From: Guillardia theta CCMP2712
Lineage: Eukaryota; Protista; Cryptophyta
Length of the DNA: 64,000 nucleotides
Direction of reading: 5' to 3'
NCBI RefSeq assembly: GCF_000315625.1
Contig: NW_005434673.1
Span: forward strand, 458,270 to 522,269
Every line of letters begins with the position of its first letter. Position 1 is the stretch's first letter. This document shows positions 61,476-64,000 of the stretch, piece after piece. The notes beneath the pieces are model-generated. The model was not told where the DNA came from. It saw nothing but the letters and a program-made list of their open reading frames with translations, and did not search any database. A program made the translations under genes and the position numbers.

Positions 61476-64000
61476 TCAAAGTCTTGCTGTCCTCCCCGGC
61501 TCTACCCCCTCAGCCTCCCCCCTCCCCCTCCCCCTTCCCTTGACAGCTGGAAAGCACTTGCACGTGAGTAAGCTGCTCACACCCCAAGATCGCTTCGGCG
61601 ATTCCACTGGTGGCTGCTGGGGTTGCGCAGCCTGTGCACGTGGAGTTTCCTCCGGCCTTACATGATCCTGTTGTTGAAGGGGACTGGACGTAGCATTCCA
61701 CGCCTGCATGTGAGCCCGAACAGTCTGAAATCTCCGAGTCCTCTGCTCGTTCAAATCAGAAGGAGGAGATGGGGAATAGGAGGGGAAGAGAGGAACGACG
61801 AGGGGGTGTAGAAGGGATGGGAAGGGGGTCGAGGTAGGGGAGGGGGGGGAGNNNNNNNNNNNNNNNNNNNNNNNNNNNNNNNNNNNNNNNNNNNNNNNNN
61901 NNNNNNNNNNNNNNNNNNNNNNNNNNNNNNNNNNNNNNNNNNNNNNNNNNNGACCGATCGGGATTCCAAAAGGGGTAGGGACGGTAGGGGTAGGGGGGGG
62001 GGGGGGGGAAGGTGGAGTACCTCCCTGTTGTCGATCAATCGCTCTAGATGTTTCTTCTGATGACGATGCTCACAAATCAAAAACCATCTGCCAGCCGAAG
62101 GTTGAGCCTTGAGGAGGGGGCGAGATAGGGAGATGGCAACGAAGGCATTGGCGAGCAACCAGCCGAAAATCCGACCAAAAGGAGAACAGGAAGCAGAAGA
62201 GCGGAGGGAGGGAGGAGCCGGAGCAAAGAGAGGAGAAAGAAAGGAGTAGCATGTGCAAACTTACCTCGTCAGGACATCCTTCTGAATGTTTCTTGCTCGT
62301 CTTTGCTGATGGCTGAATGTCAGCAAGAAGGACGGAGGAGCCGGGGAAGGGAACAGGGGCCTACAGGAGAGAGAAAGGAGGAGGAGGCTGAAAGGGTTGC
62401 GCAGATTTGCGGAAGAGAGAAGAGGAGGACGCAGGAAGAGGTGCGCATATTTGCATCACGTGGAAGGTTCTCTTGAAGTTGAGGTTGAGCATCTCCGCCT
62501 GCTTCAAGATCGCGTCCATGGAAGGGGAAGCTTCGTTGGTGAAGAACCTGGAGGGAACGGAAATTCACAGGTAATCGGTGTCACGTCAGATAACAGACTT
62601 CGACTTGAGCAGGAGAGCCAGATCGTGCCGCATGCACTGCAGAACGGGTGATGAGCCAGAGAGAGGGGAGGGGGGTAGAGGGAGAGGGAGGGAGGGAGGG
62701 AGGGAGGGAGGGAGGGAGGGAGGGACGGAGGGAGGGACGGAGGGAGGGACGGAGGGAGGGACGGAGGGACGGAGGGAGGGAAGGAGGGAGGGACGGAGGG
62801 ACGGAGGGAGGGAGGGAGGGAGGGAGGGAAGGAAGGAGGGAGGGAGGGAGGGAGGGAGGGAGGGAGGGAGGGAGGGAGAGGGAGGGATGGAGAGAGGGAG
62901 AGAGCGAACGCATACCTCGAACTCCCAATGTTTGAACCTCAACAGGCTATCCTCCTCCACAACATCTGGCCTCTGAAAATGCTCCAGCAGCTTGTTTATC
63001 GCTGTTCTCACCGCATTTAACCGTTGAAGCTCGACAAGAAAAAGTGTCACCATCATCTTCGATCTGTTCTTGCGACTTCTCCACATCAGACTGCTCCACA
63101 TCTATTTGTGCTTCTGCTTCTGCATCCTGCTCCTCTTCTTTTTGAGTTTCAGTTTCAGCGTCAGCCTCTCCTCTCTTGCCCTTTTCCAGTTCTGTCTCCT
63201 CAGGATTCGTCTCTTCTTGCGGATCTTCTTTTCGTCCACCCATTTCGTTGTATTCAAAGAAATCTGGAAAATCATCGTTGTCACCATAATTGTCATTGTC
63301 ATCGATATCGAATTCTTTCAAACAGAAAATTGCAAACCTTCCATCCTGAGGTTGATCCACAATTTCGGCTCTTCGTTGCCACGACTCTGCTCTTTCTCGG
63401 AGGAGCCTGACGACTCTATTGCCTGGTTTCCGATGATCAACGTCTCTCCTCCTCCTCCTCCTCCTCCTCCTCCTCCTCCTCCTCCTCCTCCTCCTCCTTT
63501 TCTCACCTCTATCATCGATGAAGATTTTTTCACATTCAGAGACTTTGAGCGTGGCAGAGACACGCTTTTCTCCTTGGAAACCTTAAAACTCCCGCCCTGC
63601 ACTATCTTGCTTGGACCCTCCGCTGTTGGAGTGGAGACATCGTAATCATCGAGTGGGAAGGTCGGAGAGCAAGGGAGGAGGAGCAAGCGATAGCTAGCAG
63701 AGGTAGGAGGAGCCTTCAGAGCAGTACCGGCATCCCCGCGAGGACGAAGTTGATGGTCCAGGACCACCCGCTGAATGTTGGTGCGGAAGGTCACAGTTTG
63801 AGTCGCCCTCACAATCTCTTCTACCCACAATCTGAGGACGGCGACAACACAAGTCAGTCCCGGCCACCCACCGTCTCTCTCGCGCTCTCACTTCGCCTCC
63901 GCGTCATCAGGGGCCTCCACATGCAGCCTGCACTGCTTGTCCCTTTGGCTGCCGTTGAACATCAAGAAACCTGCTGGCCTTCAGATGGGCGAGTGGGAAG
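61476..64000 (-). CDS. Partial acidic low-complexity hypothetical protein spanning the assembly gap
   Basis: Open frames 63318-63830 and 62947-63360 (E/D-rich) with short introns. Confidence 0.4.
61852..61951. other. Assembly gap (100 N)
   Basis: N run flanked by G-rich low-complexity DNA. Confidence 0.99.
62680..62900. repeat. (GGGA)n/(GGAC) microsatellite
   Basis: Direct reading. Confidence 0.95.

Noticed and set aside
62578-62976. GGRE/PPSL repeat proteins
   Set aside because: Translations of a (GGGA)n microsatellite that is probably intronic

Overview
Gene-dense eukaryotic nuclear DNA with many short (about 40-60 nt) spliceosomal introns and bipartite plastid presequences (signal peptide ending A-x-A-F). 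This points to an alga with a secondary red plastid, most likely a cryptophyte similar to Guillardia or Hanusia (inference only). Recognisable genes: two PDZ/coiled-coil paralogues, a DRAM/Frag1/TMEM150 membrane protein, a RibD-C/RIB7 reductase, an STI1-domain protein, tRNA-Gly(TCC), an LRR protein, a large secreted TSP1/EGF/LamG/C-type-lectin mosaic protein, a LOG phosphoribohydrolase, a HAD-IB hydrolase, NPC1, Tic22, a tandem HNH-like zinc-finger nuclease, tafazzin, a cyclin, a TKL kinase, an S8 subtilase and plastid rpiA. Exon boundaries were read by eye, so gene ends are approximate. Most interesting observations: (1) seven 20-bp quasi-palindromic sites (RCAACG-N8-TGTTGC) in mixed orientation, forming two diverged modules at 7.8-9.1 kb; (2) an intron-containing double HNH-like gene resembling giant-virus proteins; (3) a head-to-head pair of small intronless ORFs sharing an unrecognised RALYNRxxGxExQA motif; (4) two distinct intergenic sequence types, GGGTA/TACCC-rich blocks at 5' ends and CCGG/TGACTCA-rich blocks mostly at 3' ends. 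No CRISPR array or autonomous transposon was seen.
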